From contig CM074804.1 of NCBI GenBank assembly GCA_037447605.1, forward strand, positions 6,797,909 to 6,861,908: a stretch of 64,000 nt of DNA, read 5' to 3'. The position numbers were made by a program, and so were the translations under genes. Positions 10,570 to 25,800 of this stretch are shown here, one piece after another; the first letter of the stretch is position 1; the number at the start of each line of letters is the position of its first letter. The notes under the pieces were generated by a model. It made no database searches. It saw only the letters and a program-made list of their open reading frames with translations, and was not told the origin of the DNA. The DNA comes from Zygnema circumcarinatum SAG 698-1b. Its lineage: Eukaryota; Plantae; Zygnematophyceae.

Positions 10570-13500
10570 TCACTCTGCTTCTTCGGGGGTTTCTTGCTCC
10601 GCAGAATGTTCTCTGCTCCTTTTTCTGTTGTACTGAACGACTTGCTCCTGCAGGCCTTCCATCCCCTCGTCCAGTTCTGAAGATGATCCTCGTGCAAATA
10701 TGTACTCTTCCCCTTCAATATGAGCAGGCGCAGGTCTACTTTCATGGCCTTCACGGTGGCTACATCCCTTTAGCAGAAAGCCATCCTTGGACTCTGGATT
10801 GTCATCCCTCTGTTCAACTTTCTTTAAAGCTCCTACTCGCATGTCCTCTGCATCCTCCTTCCTCGCCACAGCCTCATTCTCATCCATTCGTTTACCTGTT
10901 CCTTCCTTTATCTCTGCCTGTGACCCATTAGTTGGAATCTCCACCTTGCGATTCTGCTCAGCTTCTGATGCCGCGTGAGCTATCCCCAGCTTCCATGCTT
11001 CCGCTTCAAGGCTTGGCCGCTGTTTGGTCTGCCCTGCGACTCCCTCGCCGACCATCGATTCGCTCGTTCGTGCTAACCTTCGCTCTGCTTTATGTTCTCT
11101 CGCTGGACCTAGCTTTTGCGCATGTTGATTAAATGCCCGATCTGCAACTTCAACCTCCCACTTCCCCCTGTGAGCTTTGGTGCAAAACAATCCTCCGTGC
11201 CGTTCTTTCAGTAAGTACACTACGCCTTCAATCCTTTTTAAGCTCGGCTTATGCTTCCAAACAGCCATTATACAAACTTCCAAAATGGAATCAACTCACT
11301 CTTTGTTTTTGTCTTTCATCTCACCTGACCAATCTCCATTGCCCTTCTTGGCATTTCGAGCTCTCGTGTTGTGATGTTTCCCCTTGATTACCTTCCCCTC
11401 TCGCTTCTTTCGTCCAGCTAAACCCAACTTCCCATGCCCCGGTAGAGCCGAGCCAACTTTGGTGGTGTTCACACAGGAGAGGCAAAGCCATCGTCTCGTC
11501 ACCCTCCCAAGTTGTCCGCAGGAAGGATGAAGTGCCGTAGAGCAGTCCTCTCCTCCGCAGATTAGAAGGGCTTCTCCCGGGGCACTGTCTTCTGTTTTGA
11601 GGCAAATTCCGCAAGCAGGAAGTGGAGGGGGGCCGAAGGGCACTTCTTCCAGCTGGAGGCTGTTCAGGCCAAGCTCGAGGAGAGAAGATAGTTTTTGCTT
11701 CTGTTACATGACAGAGGAGAGAGACACTTAGCTAGCCTCTTCCATTATTCGGTTGTTTACTACTTCAGAGAGTTCAGCCACGTAGAGCTACACGACTCGA
11801 TTGAAGTGCCGACAAGCCCAAATGTCTGTCCGACTGTCTCGATAGCTCATGCGGCATGCAGAAGCATTCACAAAGACTTCAGTGCAAACTTCGCGTTCCG
11901 CAACAGAGGTGGCTCAAAAAGATGACGAAAGGCCAAACTCCCACTTTACACAACCTGATTGACTTTGTGTCTGAAGTCAGACTAATCATGTGCCTTTTTA
12001 GCTTGGTAGCAAGCACAGAAAGTTTCCTTACCTTCTTTTTTTTGTTGCCAGCATGCCCGTTTTCGTCTGCTTCATAGCTTTCACTTTCTCCCTCATTCCG
12101 TCCTTTCCCGTGGCTCTCTTCATCAAACCTTTTCGTTCTCTGCGCTGCAACTTCACTGACGTCACCCTCACCTAATTCAAGTGCCGATCTTTCACCCTTC
12201 CCTTTGTCGTCCGCTTCTTTGGAGAAATCAGTCCATTCCCCGTCTTCTGACTTATGATTACGTTGCGAAACTCTCCCGCGTGTCTCCTTGGTAGTCTGCT
12301 TGCTCGCCCTTTCAACTGCTCTTTGCTGCTGCACTGCCCGCTTGCGGTCTTGCTCCTTCTTTGCTTCCCACATTGCGAACAGTGGAGCAGCCCGCTCACT
12401 GTAACAGTCTCACAAGAGGAATTACGTCAGAGAGGACGGGAGAGCCTTGACTGCAACCTTTCCGCCATACAGACGAGAAGGGGCCAACTTCTCAGAAACA
12501 GAAATTTCACTCAGATGAGACGAGAAGGGATGCGCTGCCTTACATGAGAGCCATGATTGCCATCTCTGCTATTTGGAATCTCACACACACACACATACAA
12601 CAGGACCTTCTCGTGTGCACGGACCTGGAAAGGTGTATTTACGTGCTTGGGAAATCTCAGAATTCTTTCCCAACAGTTTTCAGTCTGCACTTCAAAAGCC
12701 GTGGCTGATTTTACAAAAGCCCTCTCGAGCATCCAGCATTTGAGGGAAATCCCCAGTAGCAAACATGAACGGCATCAAGCCATTCCAGCCTGCTTATAAA
12801 TTTATTTCACAGCATGCATCTAATGGCTGGTAAAGAAAGGCCAACCTACGTGCACGCAGTACCTGAATCTCTGCTTCCATCTGTTGCCCTCATACTAAAA
12901 ATCAAAGGAAATGTCCCGTAAAGGCAAGAGCTCACCTGAGAGAGCCTGCAGCATAGACAAGAGAGGGCATGGATTTCGTAGTTTCCACTTCACTCCGCCA
13001 CGCTTGGCGCACCTCCGAACTTCTCCACAGCTCCACACGTGCGGACTCAGCCGTAGGGCCGCGCTCTTCTTCTTCCAATTCCTCCACCTCACTCACAGTC
13101 AGCTTACCTTCAACTTCACCTGCCACCAGCCCCTTATCCTCTCCCTCCTTGTGTGACTCCAGTCTTCCCTCAGAATCTCTTTCCTCTGAAGGCTCCACCT
13201 GCCCCTGATTCTCTCCACCAACCCCAGGTTTCTTTCCCTCCTCTTTCTGAAGAATTTCTTCAGCAGATGTCCCCAGTTCAAATATAGACGATTCCAGTGA
13301 CAACAGGAGTGCAACATTGCGCTCGACATCATCGCCAGCATCCTCAAGATCTTTCTTCCACGAAATCCGCATATCATCCGTTTTTGGTTTGCTCCCGAGC
13401 GCATTTAACTGATCCACCATAGCAACGACTCTCTGAACAAAAGCACTCACTACGGGAGAGCACTTAGTCTTTGCCTCTACATCATCTGCGAGAGCATCTT

Positions 13501-16500
13501 TGCCAGCCCCGCGCTCGACCCCGAGCGATTCTGGCCCGGTTTCAGTTCCACTATTGTCGTATTCTATCGTAGCTTCAACCTGCGAATCTCTTAACCTCGT
13601 TGACCTAACTCTTGGAGGAGGCGCTAATTTGGGTTCATCGATTTTCTTTTTAAGCATAGCATGCGTGATTTTGGGGTATAGTCGAGTCAGGGACGAATGC
13701 AAACCTGCTTCCCTCACACCTTTCACATTGAGAGAACCCAACAGGAGATCAAGCTCTTCTTTTGTCGAATAACAACCCCATTTCGTTTGCAAGTCGCCAG
13801 TATTTGATATCTGGCCTGATTCTACAAAAATAAACTTCTTATCTCCTGAAAACCACCAGTACTTATTGTGATGCCGATCTTTCCCAAGGGCCTGCGAACG
13901 CAGCACCAATCTTGACATTTCCTTCTCAAAAGCATCCTCTCGCCTTTTCCTCGCTTCCTCTTCCTTCCGCTTCCTCTCTGCTCTCTGCAAGCAGCCATCA
14001 CAATCACAAACAAGTTAGCAGCAGAACCTGATCTGCAAATTTCCCCAATCACGCAAGCGATGGGCCTTTATGCTTCGTTAAGTGCACAAGTTCAGTTCAG
14101 CCTTCAAACTGCAGAGTCACAATGTATGCTTCTTTCCATAAAATAAATGTGAAACCTGCATCCTCCAAAAAGTAAAGGTTCCGAAATTGCAGTCTGTACA
14201 AAAGAAAACTAAAGGCTCATCAACAACATGGCAACAAGAAGGTGAAGTCCGTAACCTGCTCCAAGCAAACCTTGTCCAACAAGTTCGTTGAAAATGCAGC
14301 GTGCTTGATGGTAATCGTGCCATCCAGTTTCAAAAAAAAAGCCACAAAAAGAAGAAAACCCACCTTCGAATCCGCTTCTGCTTTGGCTCGCTCAGCCGAC
14401 CTCTGCCGAGCATCTTTCCTCCTGATATACTCCGCATGCAACCTGTTCACATGGACGGAAGGTCATGCATGCAAATGCTTCCAGCCACATGGGCCACCAA
14501 AAGTGCTTCTTTACCTTTCGCAATGGGCAGATGACCATTCACTAGCGTGTATAAACATTTCACTGATTTCCTACAATGGAACTAAGCGAAGAGGGCAAAA
14601 GGAGGACGCTTCAGCAAGACGCTTCATAAATTTGAGACGGAATTGTGTGTTCACCTGCCAAGTCGAGCCTCCTCTTTCCTAACAAACTCCTTATGTGCTA
14701 GAACCGCTTCTTGATCATTCAAATCGCCCTTATACTCCTTCACCTCGTGAGGAAGGTCAAAATTCGGTTCTTGCTCTTCCTGGACGTGTGCCTCCTCCTC
14801 CATCTCATCTTCATCCTCATCCCCCCCAGCATCTCCAGTTTCTGGACCGCCCGCCCCTCCTGCTTCAGGCCCTCTCTTTGCAAGACGCGCCTTTCTCCTT
14901 ATGTCACGCTGCCTCCTCACCTCCTCATTCTTCTCTTTCCGCCACTCCATCTCTTCATGGTATTTGATCCGTTGCAATTCGAGAGCAGTTTCCATGTTCT
15001 CATCCAGCATTTCTCTGGTTTTCTCCGCATCCAGATAATCATTGCATAGACAGAGAAGAAGTGACAGATGGCAACGGGTACTCAATTGGGTCGGAAGCTT
15101 CCTCCCCAGATCTGAACCCAAACCCTTCAGATACCTCGGAAGCTCAGGACTTCCACGCGACAAGTACCTGTTCCAAAACCAATGACGAAAAGAAACCCCA
15201 TACTTAGTCCTCCTACACACAAACCTACCAATGAAGAATGAATTTCCACAAAGACTCCAACCGCCCTTTCTGACAAAGAGAGACAAGAAGATGCCTACCT
15301 CCGCAGCACCTCCTGCCACGTGGCGCCATCAGCCAGCCTGGCCCAGCGCGCCAAGGTGCCATCACCCACCCGTCTCCCTTCTCTCCCCCCCGGACTCCGC
15401 CCTCCTCCTGCCGCAAAGAGGCCCTTCAAAAGAGAGGAGTAGAGCTCTCCCAGCAAGCGGGCAGCCCCCTCACTTTCGGCAGTCACCGCTTCCAGCAGTT
15501 GCACGAGAGTCACCTGCAGAGCGCGGGATTGAAAAAGTCCATTGTCAGTCGCATGAGCAGGCACGTGTGAGAACAGGTTTGGTCATCTTCTGAAGAAAGG
15601 GAAAGACCACATATCATCGTGGTAACTTGTGCGAATCTTGCTCTAATACTCTGTTTGCTAGTACCGACCAGCAAGGAAGCTTTCCATCTTCAGCAGTTCT
15701 TTTCCCATCCGTATCCAACCATACCCCCTGCTGTTTGCAGAAAACAATCAGCAGGAAGGTAGATTGGCTCACCTGCGGGCCCTTAGTCAACTTCCCTACG
15801 GAGTGACAGAAATCAAATATCTCCAGCACGTCTGCGAAGAGTTCTGAGTCCAAATTCTCTCCCAGTGGAGCGGCCGTAGCCAGCACTTGGAGGGGGTCCG
15901 CCGGAGGGGGGCGGACCGGCCTTGCGGGAGGACAATCCATGGCCGACTCGCCTGCCAGCCGCGCCTCCTCCCTCTCCTCCTCCTCTACCTCGAGGTCTTC
16001 AATGGGGTACTGCCGCCTCTTTTCGGCCAAACGTTTAGAGGCTTTTTTCTTTTCGACGTCCTCCATTTTCTGCTTCAGTTTCTCCTCCTTCTCCGACTGT
16101 GGGAAACAATACAGAGCATATCAGATGAGACAGACGCAGAGATTGCTCATAGTGGAGTTTAAAAGTCTTCTGTGAAACAAAGGCAGAATAGACGATAAAA
16201 AAGGAGACAAGGTTGGTAACCCGACATGGACTGATTCGTACTCGTTCCGTATCTCTATTTACAGTTGCTGTATATTCCACATTGTGATTAAGCTTCTCAA
16301 GAATTGAATGGGTTTTATTTTCTTAAATTCGACTTCATGGGCTGTTCAGTCATAGTGAAACTACAGACTCCTCTTTACAAAACCCAATGATTTTAGGAAA
16401 AGACCAACCAGCTTCTTCTTCTCGCGCTCTTCCTTCTCTTCTGCTCGCTTGCGATCCCGCTCCTGCAAGCTAAGCAGGAGATTCATCAGGTTTGGGCTAA

Positions 16501-19500
16501 GCAGCTTCACATTCCGGAACTTGCTCGTTAGGCATGTACAAACATATGGCATAGTACTGTCAGCATGGACTCATCGTACGCAAGATAGAACCATGGCTTT
16601 CTGCAGGACATAATTGACCGAAAAGCAAAAGCTCCACCAGGCTGCAGTGGTGAACAATTGGAGCCTGCTGTATCCAAACTCTTCGGACTTCAGGGATTTT
16701 GAAGTCTCGCATATTACCTCCAGAGATCTCTGAAGCTCTTCTCTTCTTCGCGCTCGCTCCTCGGCGTCAGCTAGTCTGGAAAGGTCAGCAACCATTAACT
16801 TATATCTCAGTTATGCAGCTTGCATAGGAATCAACAAGATAACGGGATATTGAAGACTAAGCACACAAAGCACACGTGCAAGCGCCTACAGCAGGCTCAG
16901 TAACTTTAGCAGACCTTCTCCTGGAATTGGCCACTTATGTCTCCATACTCTCCTCCACTTAATGGCTATCCTGTAGACTGCCAAAGGCTGTGCCTAGCTT
17001 TAGGCAAAACGGAACAAATGTGTTACCGTTTCCTGTCCAGTAATTTCGCAGAAACCAACAGTAATGCAAACAGTTGAGTGTGGGAAAGAGCTGCGCACTT
17101 CTTCAGTTGCGACTCCTTAATCTCTACGCACTTGGGACAGTGCCATTCGCCTTTGGGCACGTTTGCTACATCCTGTGAAAGAAAAGAGGGGTGCAAAAAG
17201 GAAGGGAAAACTGAGTCACAGGACAACGCGAGGAAAACGAGAACGATGGCCCAGTAAAATGAAGCATCTCCTTCACTTTGACAGCAGTTACAGCAGCCGA
17301 AAGCCGTCTCCGCGTGAGCAGACCTACCAGCGGCGGGTGGAGGCACAGCAGATGGTACGACCGCGGACAGCTGTCGCACAGGATGTAGCCGGACCCCTGC
17401 AGGTCCTCGTAGCGCTTGCACTTGCTGAGGAGGGAACAGTGCGCGTGTGAGGACAAGGAGGGAGGGATGCAAGCAAGATCTGCTACGAGTTTTGGCTAAG
17501 GAAGGAAGAGTTTTCAGTTGGGTAGACAACGAGCAGACGAGTTACAGTTTCTCATAAAATGTTGCAAGGGTGTCAGTGACAAGAGACCGTATTTGGGTCC
17601 ATTCAAACACAACCGGAAACCTTCTGGAAAAAATGTTACCTCCTAATGCAGTCTAGCTAGGTTACTTAATTTTCAGATATTCTTGTGTCGGGCCTTTCAT
17701 GCCATAGGTAAAAGCCTTATTTGATGCCTTCCAAGGCCAATGAGGCTTAAGCCCATTGCAAGGCTTTCAACTGTCCAAAAAAGAGTCTCAGTTTACACAA
17801 AAGTCCTCGATAAAGTACAATTTAGGACTGCATGATGCACCTTAGCCCAGAGTTGACATATATTTGAGAATTCTAATGCGATTTCGCAATATGGCATATG
17901 GCAGGCATATGGCATGCTTGCATAATGACCACGTGAGACAAAGTCAGTGCTTCAGGCTGGGCTGATCATGGTTTAACGACAGTAGGCATGCGGTAAAGCC
18001 ATGGTTATGCCACATACGCTGATCTTGTTGAGTGTCAGAGGACTTCACCTACCTGCATCTCGAATTGTTCACATGATCATCCCCACCGGCGGGGATCCCA
18101 TCAACCTGCAGCCCAAAAAAAAAAATTCTTCCAATCAAAATGCAGAAATTGCCTCGCAAAACTTCACAAAAGAGAAAGCCAAATGAGCAAGTACGTATGA
18201 TCTTGATCATGGAACTCAACCACACGAAAAAAGTGAGCCTCTCTCCCAACCACGAGCTTTATTCGCAGCAGATTCTGTCTCCCAGGCTGCTCTACCATTT
18301 GGGCCCCCACACCTGAGGGGATATAGGAGTTGCCCAAGACCCCTTTGCCGGCAGTGGGAACTCTCGCGCTACTTTGGTCCGGATGCCCTTCACTTTGCCT
18401 GAGCTCCAAGAAAGCGGAGAAAGCTTGTCGTTTCCTTCAATTTCCAGTGACCCTCTGGGGTCGGCTGGACCTAGGCTTTCACCGATTTTCTGGAGGACAT
18501 TTTCTAAAGCAGAATCCGACTCCGTTCCTTGCTGCTTTCTCCTTTTTGCTTTCTTATTGTGCATTTCTTTCGCCAATGGAATGCCACCATTGACAATCTC
18601 CTGTATTTTTCTCTTTAACGCTTTGGAAGCTGCCGCTGTCCTTTTCCTCTCTGCAGACCCAGTACCAATCGCATTGCCAATGGCAAGCGGCGAATGGGCT
18701 TTTTTCCGTCCAATACCGGCGTTAGTTTTGATCTCTTGCATCCTCAGCTTCTTACTGGACGAACCTTCTCCTTTGGCCCTGACCGTTCCCTTGGTAGACC
18801 CTGGAGTTGCAGGAAGCTTCTCCGCCCTCCCTGTGGCCGGTCTGGTAGCGCCGAGGCTAAGTTTGCCGTTTGAACCCCCTTTATCCGTACTCGGCGTTGA
18901 GGGTTTAGCAGTTTCTTCAGTCTCATCATGTGTGCCGTCTTTAACTCTACGTCCAAAAGCTGAGGTCTGGGCATTGCTACCTGAAGCATTGGCTTTCCTA
19001 GTAAGTTTTGCAGCGGATTTAGTTTTAGACTCCTTCCTATCTCGCCGCGCAACCTCGGCAGCAAGTTCCGCTTCTTCAAGGGTCCGGCGAAGGGTTGCGG
19101 TCAGCTTATGCTGCTGAAGAAGTTTAGGCTGCACTTGCCACGTGGCTCCCTGCATCAAAAACATGTTGAGTTATACCACAATCACAAGTTCGACAGTGCC
19201 ACATTTAGCAATTTATCGAGCTTATCATAAGAACCAAGATAATGCCAACATCACTTCCATACTGTAAAAAGCCTAGTAACACCCTCCTTGAAGTTTGGCA
19301 GTTGAACAATAAATCATTGACAACAACTTTCCAGTGATTATCACCAAATTGGATTAAAAGGAGCTTACCTTTTCTGCTGACTTAGTTGCAATTTGCGCTA
19401 GCCAGGTTCTGATAACAACCCGTGGAAGGGGGTGTTTCTTTCCTCTACACATAAAGAGAAGAAACAAACTTTAAAGTATTCAATGCTCCAACCTTCCAGA

Positions 19501-20938
19501 TCTGGAAACACTCGGCATTAGAATTAGACGCATCAGCAAAGGAAAACCGATTGGCAAGGAAGTCCCAAGCTGACCTTAGGCTGCTCTTTGGAATAAGCGA
19601 CAGTCGTCCATCTTTACAACTACCATCTAGCCATTCCACCTCATAGTCCATTTTTTTTACGCCGTCTCTAGTGGTCTGTGCTTCGGAATCATCATGGCTT
19701 AGGTGACGGACGATGCGACACGTGCTTTTCCTGTATCTCCAAATCCCACAACACAACAGCTCACTTCCCACCTTAACACGTAACCGTGCTTCTTCTTTCA
19801 AAATGCAAGCACTTGGTCAAGTTGGCATGCTCTCAGGCAGCGCAGCTTTATGCAAGTGATACGGGCAAGGCGTACTCACTTTGAACCATCTTTAGAAGCA
19901 TTTACAACCTCACCAACAATATAGACTTCTTTTCTTGCGTCAGAAATCTTTGAGACAAGTTCTTCCTGGGAGAGAGAACCTGCAGAGGGTGCAAGCCGAT
20001 AATAAAAAGAAAAACCCATGGGAGGGAACAGATCGCCATCTTTCAGTCAACCTGAATCCAAATCCTGAATCCTGATTCGGATAGTGTTCCTTTACCATCG
20101 ACCGAACGAGGGAAAGAAAAAAAACCAAGAGTGCACAACAAAGAGCTGGAGGAAGAGTTCTCACTGTTATGTATAAGCTGAAGAGCAAACGGTTTAAAGG
20201 ACTCTGGAAATTGTTTAGCCATCTCGCTACTCTCTTTCTCAGATGCCAGTGCCTCCTCAAATGTCAAGCCTGACTTCAAGGTGTTCTTGCATGTCCAAGA
20301 TTTTTGTCGATAAAGGTCAAGGACTTGCAGATAATCTCTGCGAAATGCCCGGAAGTTACAGCTGCTTGTGTGAAAACAAAGAGTTTGCCAACGCTTGCCC
20401 CGTTAATGGTGGAACACAAATTCATTTCAAATTCCAAAATTCAAATGAAAGACAAGTACAAGCATGCATGTGAAAAATGAGCGTGTTTTTGGAAATCAAA
20501 GAAGCTCTTTAAGGGTTGTGTGTTGTTGAACACTCTTTCTACAAATAGGTGGTCAACCCAGAAGGAAGTCTGGCTTGTCCAGTTGTCTTGGACTTCGCAC
20601 CAAAGGTAAGTGGCAGGCTTTAAGTGTTAGCTTGAGCCTCTATACTCATCTACAATGGATGCTACTAAGTTGTAATCAGGCGAACGGGAGACAATGACCT
20701 CTCAGAAATGGCGCCGTGAAGCCTGAGCTTAGTTTTTGGTTTGCTTGCACGCACAGCTGGAACTGGACGAGAGGAGATGTATGCTGCGCAAGCAGACGCA
20801 AGAAAGAAAGAGGAGAAAAACTTACTCGTAAATTTGAAACACTTCTCCCGTGAATCGTATGATGAAGACTTCTTCATCTGGAGGTACATCCTTCGGAACA
20901 GGCTTTAGCCTGTGAGGCGCCTTCTTCAGTAGCGGCAT
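10570..20938 (-). CDS. WAC-PHD-DDT-WHIM1-WSD-PHD chromatin protein (ACF1/BAZ1/DDW1-like ISWI partner), multi-exon
   Basis: ATG at 20938 gives MPLLKKAPHRLKPVPKDVPPDEEVFIIRFTGEVFQIYE (WAC). PHD at about 17120-17430 (ILCDSCPRSYHLLCLHPPL|..VPKGEWHCPKC). DDT at about 15780-15850 (LFADVLEIFDFCHS). WHIM1 LSLLLCLCNDYL. WSD LGKDRHHNKYWWF...LLGSLNVKGVREAGL. C-terminal PHD CGIC...LLICGGEDCSTALHPSC...WLCLSC. The 3' end is uncertain because the TGA at 10570 overlaps a possible splice donor. Confidence 0.85.
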
Positions 20939-22851
20939 TTTGTGGCACACAGCTCAACGGTTTACCGTTTGCGGCTTGTCAAAAGACCATCAGTGATCCA
21001 AAGTCCCAGCAGAAAAAAGCCCTTTCGGACAGCATAGGAAGTGGACGACTCAAACGATCTCTTGAGTACCCAATCCTTGCAACGATAATTGCCGCCTTTT
21101 CACGTCAAATTCGAGTGGCACGAGGCAAGCAATGCCAGAGAAACCTCCTCCTCGAGTGCCGACTCGCAAGTGCCAAGCAAGGGATGATGAGTCGTGGCAC
21201 CCTGCGACCCCTCGTGGCGAATGCACTCATCAGGGCACTCGAAGGTGCAAGTTTGGCCTCGCTTTTATTTGGCCTCTGGACTGGGTACCAGAGCTACCTT
21301 TCGCCTCTGCAAGTTTTAAGTGTTGACCTTGAGGTGACCACGCACGTGCATCCAAAGCCACGTCCTTCGTGTGCATAAAGAATTACAATTATGCAAAGAT
21401 GCAGTTTCATTCCTTCACGATTGGGCTTGTGGGTGTCTAGCAGAATTGACATCGTCCTGCAATAGATATCCTAATTTTTTTCTAATCCAGTGTCTTTCAG
21501 GGCACCCAACTCCATTGTTGTAGACTGGAATTGTTGCCTTTTGGGACTACCGTATTCCCCCTCTCTGTTCCACATTGGTAAGTATGTATTGCGATTTTCC
21601 TTTTCAAACACATCGGGATTGCACGGATGTTATAGGTGAAGAGGGAGGATGTGGCATCCTTGGCATGTTTTATAGGTGAAGTGTTCAAGAGTATTCAATC
21701 AATGCCAATCTTAATTCTCAAATGTCTGATAGGTCCCAACGAGGGCATCTGAAAGTGCGTCCGTGTTGCAGCCACAAGGACTAACCGCGAGGACTCACGG
21801 CATAGCCTGCCATGTGCCTCCATGAACACTCGTGGTTTCTGACATTCTTTGGGAGACTATTGCCAGAAGCTGACCCATGTAGACAACGGATGCGTGCACT
21901 CAAATAATCTGCTCATAAACGATCTTGAAGACCAGACCTGATATTTACTGCCGTAGTAGGAAACTCACAAGCGTGTGTAACTGCCTTCCCAAGACTCACC
22001 TAATGTTTCACTTGAGTACAAGATGCATCAAAGGTTGTACATCCTCAAAATTACTAGCGTAGCATGATTCTGACCATGGTTCTGTTAGGATTCAGTCTGC
22101 ATCAAATATGGCACCGATTGCCATGATCGTGAGTATGAGCGGCCCTTGCACATGGGTGTTTTGGTCTCTGGCAGCGGGAGCGCAAACGTTGACATATGTA
22201 CGAGAAGACAGAAACGCGGTTTCAACCTCAGTTTAGACATATTATATGGACCTTGACTCACAGTCCAGCTGATTACTGTACATGAGAGACATTACTATGG
22301 AAATCTGAATGTGGTCCAAAGGATTACAAGTAACACTGAACCACTCCGATGGCAAACTAAATGCTTTTGATATCCATAACACCAGTACTCCGCATTTCGA
22401 TGGACATCACATGCGATCAAGATACATTTGTTCTCTGCTTTTTCACTAGTTCTTCCACTCTTGCAGTGTAATGTAACGCATTGTTCCACTGTCAGTAAAG
22501 TACGTTACAGGATTCAAAACCACGGGGTTATCGTTAAATCTTCACATTGCCGACGAGGTATTTCTATGAATTGGATGGGAATCTCTCCCTAGCAGAATGC
22601 CGTCAATGCATTCCCAAATCTCTTTCCCCAAAACTGCACTTTGATTTCACTTACGCGAACGAACACAAAACACCTGTCTGATGATGCCGTCTTCCCTACA
22701 TCGTCACTGCAACCAATGACTCCCCATCTGAGAAAAACGCTCATCCCGTCATGCCAGGCCTGAAAAAAAAATCCCCCCTGATAAAGAAACTCACTCTATA
22801 AACCTCTCGTTATAAAAATAAGATGACAAGGAGCAGCGCTCCAACAGCAGC

Positions 22852-25800
22852 ATGAGCACTACAATGCACAGAGTCTCAGACCGGTCCCCAGCAGCACTAG
22901 CAGCAGCAGCAGCAGCCGCCGGCGCCTCCCTCCCCTCCCGGGCGGGCGCGTCCAAAACGAGGGCAGAGAGGACCTGCTTCGCGCGTCGGCCCACCAGGCG
23001 ACAAGCCAGGATGACGCCATCAGACGTCCCGCCAGAGCATACCGGTCCGTCCCCGCAGCGAGTACTACGCTCGAGGGGACCGCGCTGTCGCGGCCTCTGC
23101 TCCGCCGCTCGCTCGCCCGCTCTGTGGCGCTCTGGAAGGCCCTCCTCACTGGAGCAGGGCAGGTTGCCCTCTGGGGATTACTTTGCGAGAGGCTGGAGAC
23201 ATTATTCGAACATGTTGGGCACCTTCAAGGAGGAAGAAGACGGGGGGGAGACATATTTGTGGAAATAACTTGAGCTGAATGTCTTTACAAATGCGTCTGA
23301 TGCTTTGGGGAGCTCGTTGTAGGAGATCAAGCCCCTGAGTCAAGAAAAAACCGATCAGGCGTGCGGGCTGAAGACATGGTCTCTTTGCTGGACTGTCGCA
23401 AAACTATAGATGAAACTCTTGGGTGGGGAAGCTTGAGTGACAAAAGGTTGCTGCAGGAGTACATTCGAGAGCAATTGGAAGGTATTTTTACTGCTAGAAA
23501 GTGCCACAATATGTCTTACTTAGGCCGCACACAGAGATAAGTGCAGCATTATTTTATGATTCTTGACCAGTCGAGAAGCTGTACCAGCTACTTGAGAAAG
23601 TGGATTCATTTACTAAGGAGTGCCGTAAAACTGTGAAAAAATAAAGCAGCTGTAGGTCAAAACAGAAGCTCTTTGCATTATTTTTTTTGATTTCTACCAG
23701 CTTATGTTTATGTACATGCTTTCTCGTCATACACTTCAATGCCTTACGCTATCATTACGATCCTCTTTGATCTTTGGCACCAGGGCTGCATGGACGCATG
23801 CAGTCTCTCTCTTCACATACCGAGCTCATTCATTTTCGCTATCCTCGCAAGAAAATACTTATTCATGCACGGGAAGGCTGGAAAATTGACAGTAAAAAAT
23901 GCTTGCCAGATTTTTGTTTCTTGTCATGGATATAAAGCCCTGGTTCTGCGGGAGGTCGGGTAACCCAAAACCTAACTAACTAACTTTCGTTATTGCTTCG
24001 TCTTGGTCATTTTGCGCTAAAGATCTTTAATCATGACTTTAAGGCTTATTGTAGGATGCAATGCTTAACATTGATCTGCTGGTTAATGTAACATGTATGA
24101 TACGATTTTAGGAAGCATAATAGAACGACTGATTAATCCACATCAGTATGCTGAGTAAGTGGTGGTTCCTGATCAGCATTGCTCACGAAATTTATTTGAA
24201 TGCACAGCATTAATAGTTACCTTTGAACTGGCGATGTCACAGTGTTCCCCTTGGGTACGATGACATCTAGATCGTCAAGGTCTGAATTTTATTCAACATA
24301 ACTTTTTAATTGAAAGACTTTACTGGCACACTTTTTTATTGAATTAGGCGCTTAACAGTATCTTTAATGAAGGCTATTTATATGCATCACTTGGAACCTC
24401 GTTGGCATTGGTGAACCTTAACCCTAACCATAGTATCCAAAATTACTTGCAAGCGAGCCTTGAAAGCTTGCTTGAAGTTGGCTAGCGACAGGAAAAGTGC
24501 TTGCTTTCTCATATGCCGTCACAATCACGAAACATTGTTTTCCGAAGTCCACAGAACTCTTACCTTGATCGCAAAAATTATCCAAAGATGTTTGAATGTG
24601 CAATTTATGGAAACCAGACTGCACCACTTGCTCAGCTCTCATCCAATTATTTCATGCGAACTGTATTGTCCGATGCCACTTATTTCGACTGTATTGCATT
24701 GTCCTGCTTTTAACGTCGGATTGCAAATGAAATGCTAATGTCCGTCACTTTAAGCTTATTTGCTTTTTTTTTTTATTTCTGCAGGTCAAGATGGTGAGAT
24801 TCCCTTCGCGGATATTGACGCTGCAACAAACCACAGAACGGATGAATTGTGGGGGTTCTTGGAGGATATGCGGTCCTTGAGTTTGGAGACATCAACTTTA
24901 AAGTCGGGAGTAGCTCACCAAGATACACGCGATCCCAGCACTGGCCACGACAGAGAGTGGAAGGTAAGCTCAATAACGTGGATGCCATTTCTAAGCTGTC
25001 GCATTATTTATGTTGTGATCATGCCTCCTTTCTGATCATGGACATAACTTTTTTGAACAAAATGGACAAAATGTATTTGCCAGCGTAAGCACCTTTTTTT
25101 TGTAAGTATTGATCTTAACGAACTTTAGGATGATTGCCCTTCAGTATAAGTTGCAAGCTTGTTGAAAGGCCTGTCATTATGCTGCTCAATAACTTAGTTT
25201 TTTGCTTTGGCCCCGGCTTGCAAATTTGGCGATGCACAGTTGAAGGACGATAATGGGGTCTACAGAGTCCTGTACAGAAAAGGCCCAGAGGGCACTCCGT
25301 TCCATGTGCTATGTTTAGAAGGAATCATCGAAGGGCCTGCAACCATGGGTATGTTGAAAGACGAGCATGGGCACCAAGTGCACTTTGTAGCTCTCTTTGA
25401 TCCTGAGGCTGCTGAACGTGGTCCTGTTAAGTTTTTCACTAATTTTACTGCATTATTTCTTACACATGGATTGAAATCCCTTGTAATTACTTGTCAGAAT
25501 TTTCTGACATATTGATGGGTATGTTGCATGGCTATGGGGACAGCTCTTTGCATCGCTTGGGAGGCTCCTCACTTCAAAGAGTGGTATGGGATTTCTGACC
25601 TGACTAGCAATTTTTTTAAGTCGTGCAGCAGGTTTGATGGTCAATAGGCTCCACTTTCTGTGCCGAGGAGTCAGATGGGAACCTTTGCTGTGCATCTTAT
25701 TTCTCCAATTGCTGCTTATGTGAATATCAGCAAGTGTTTCTTGGCTTTTTTACATACACCCTGCCTCTCTGCCGTTGCTTGTTGCCAATACTGGAAGAAA

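Noticed and set aside
21000-22800. Small ORFs between the DDT and START genes
   Set aside because: No coherent spliced model or known motif; likely UTR, intron or promoter sequence.
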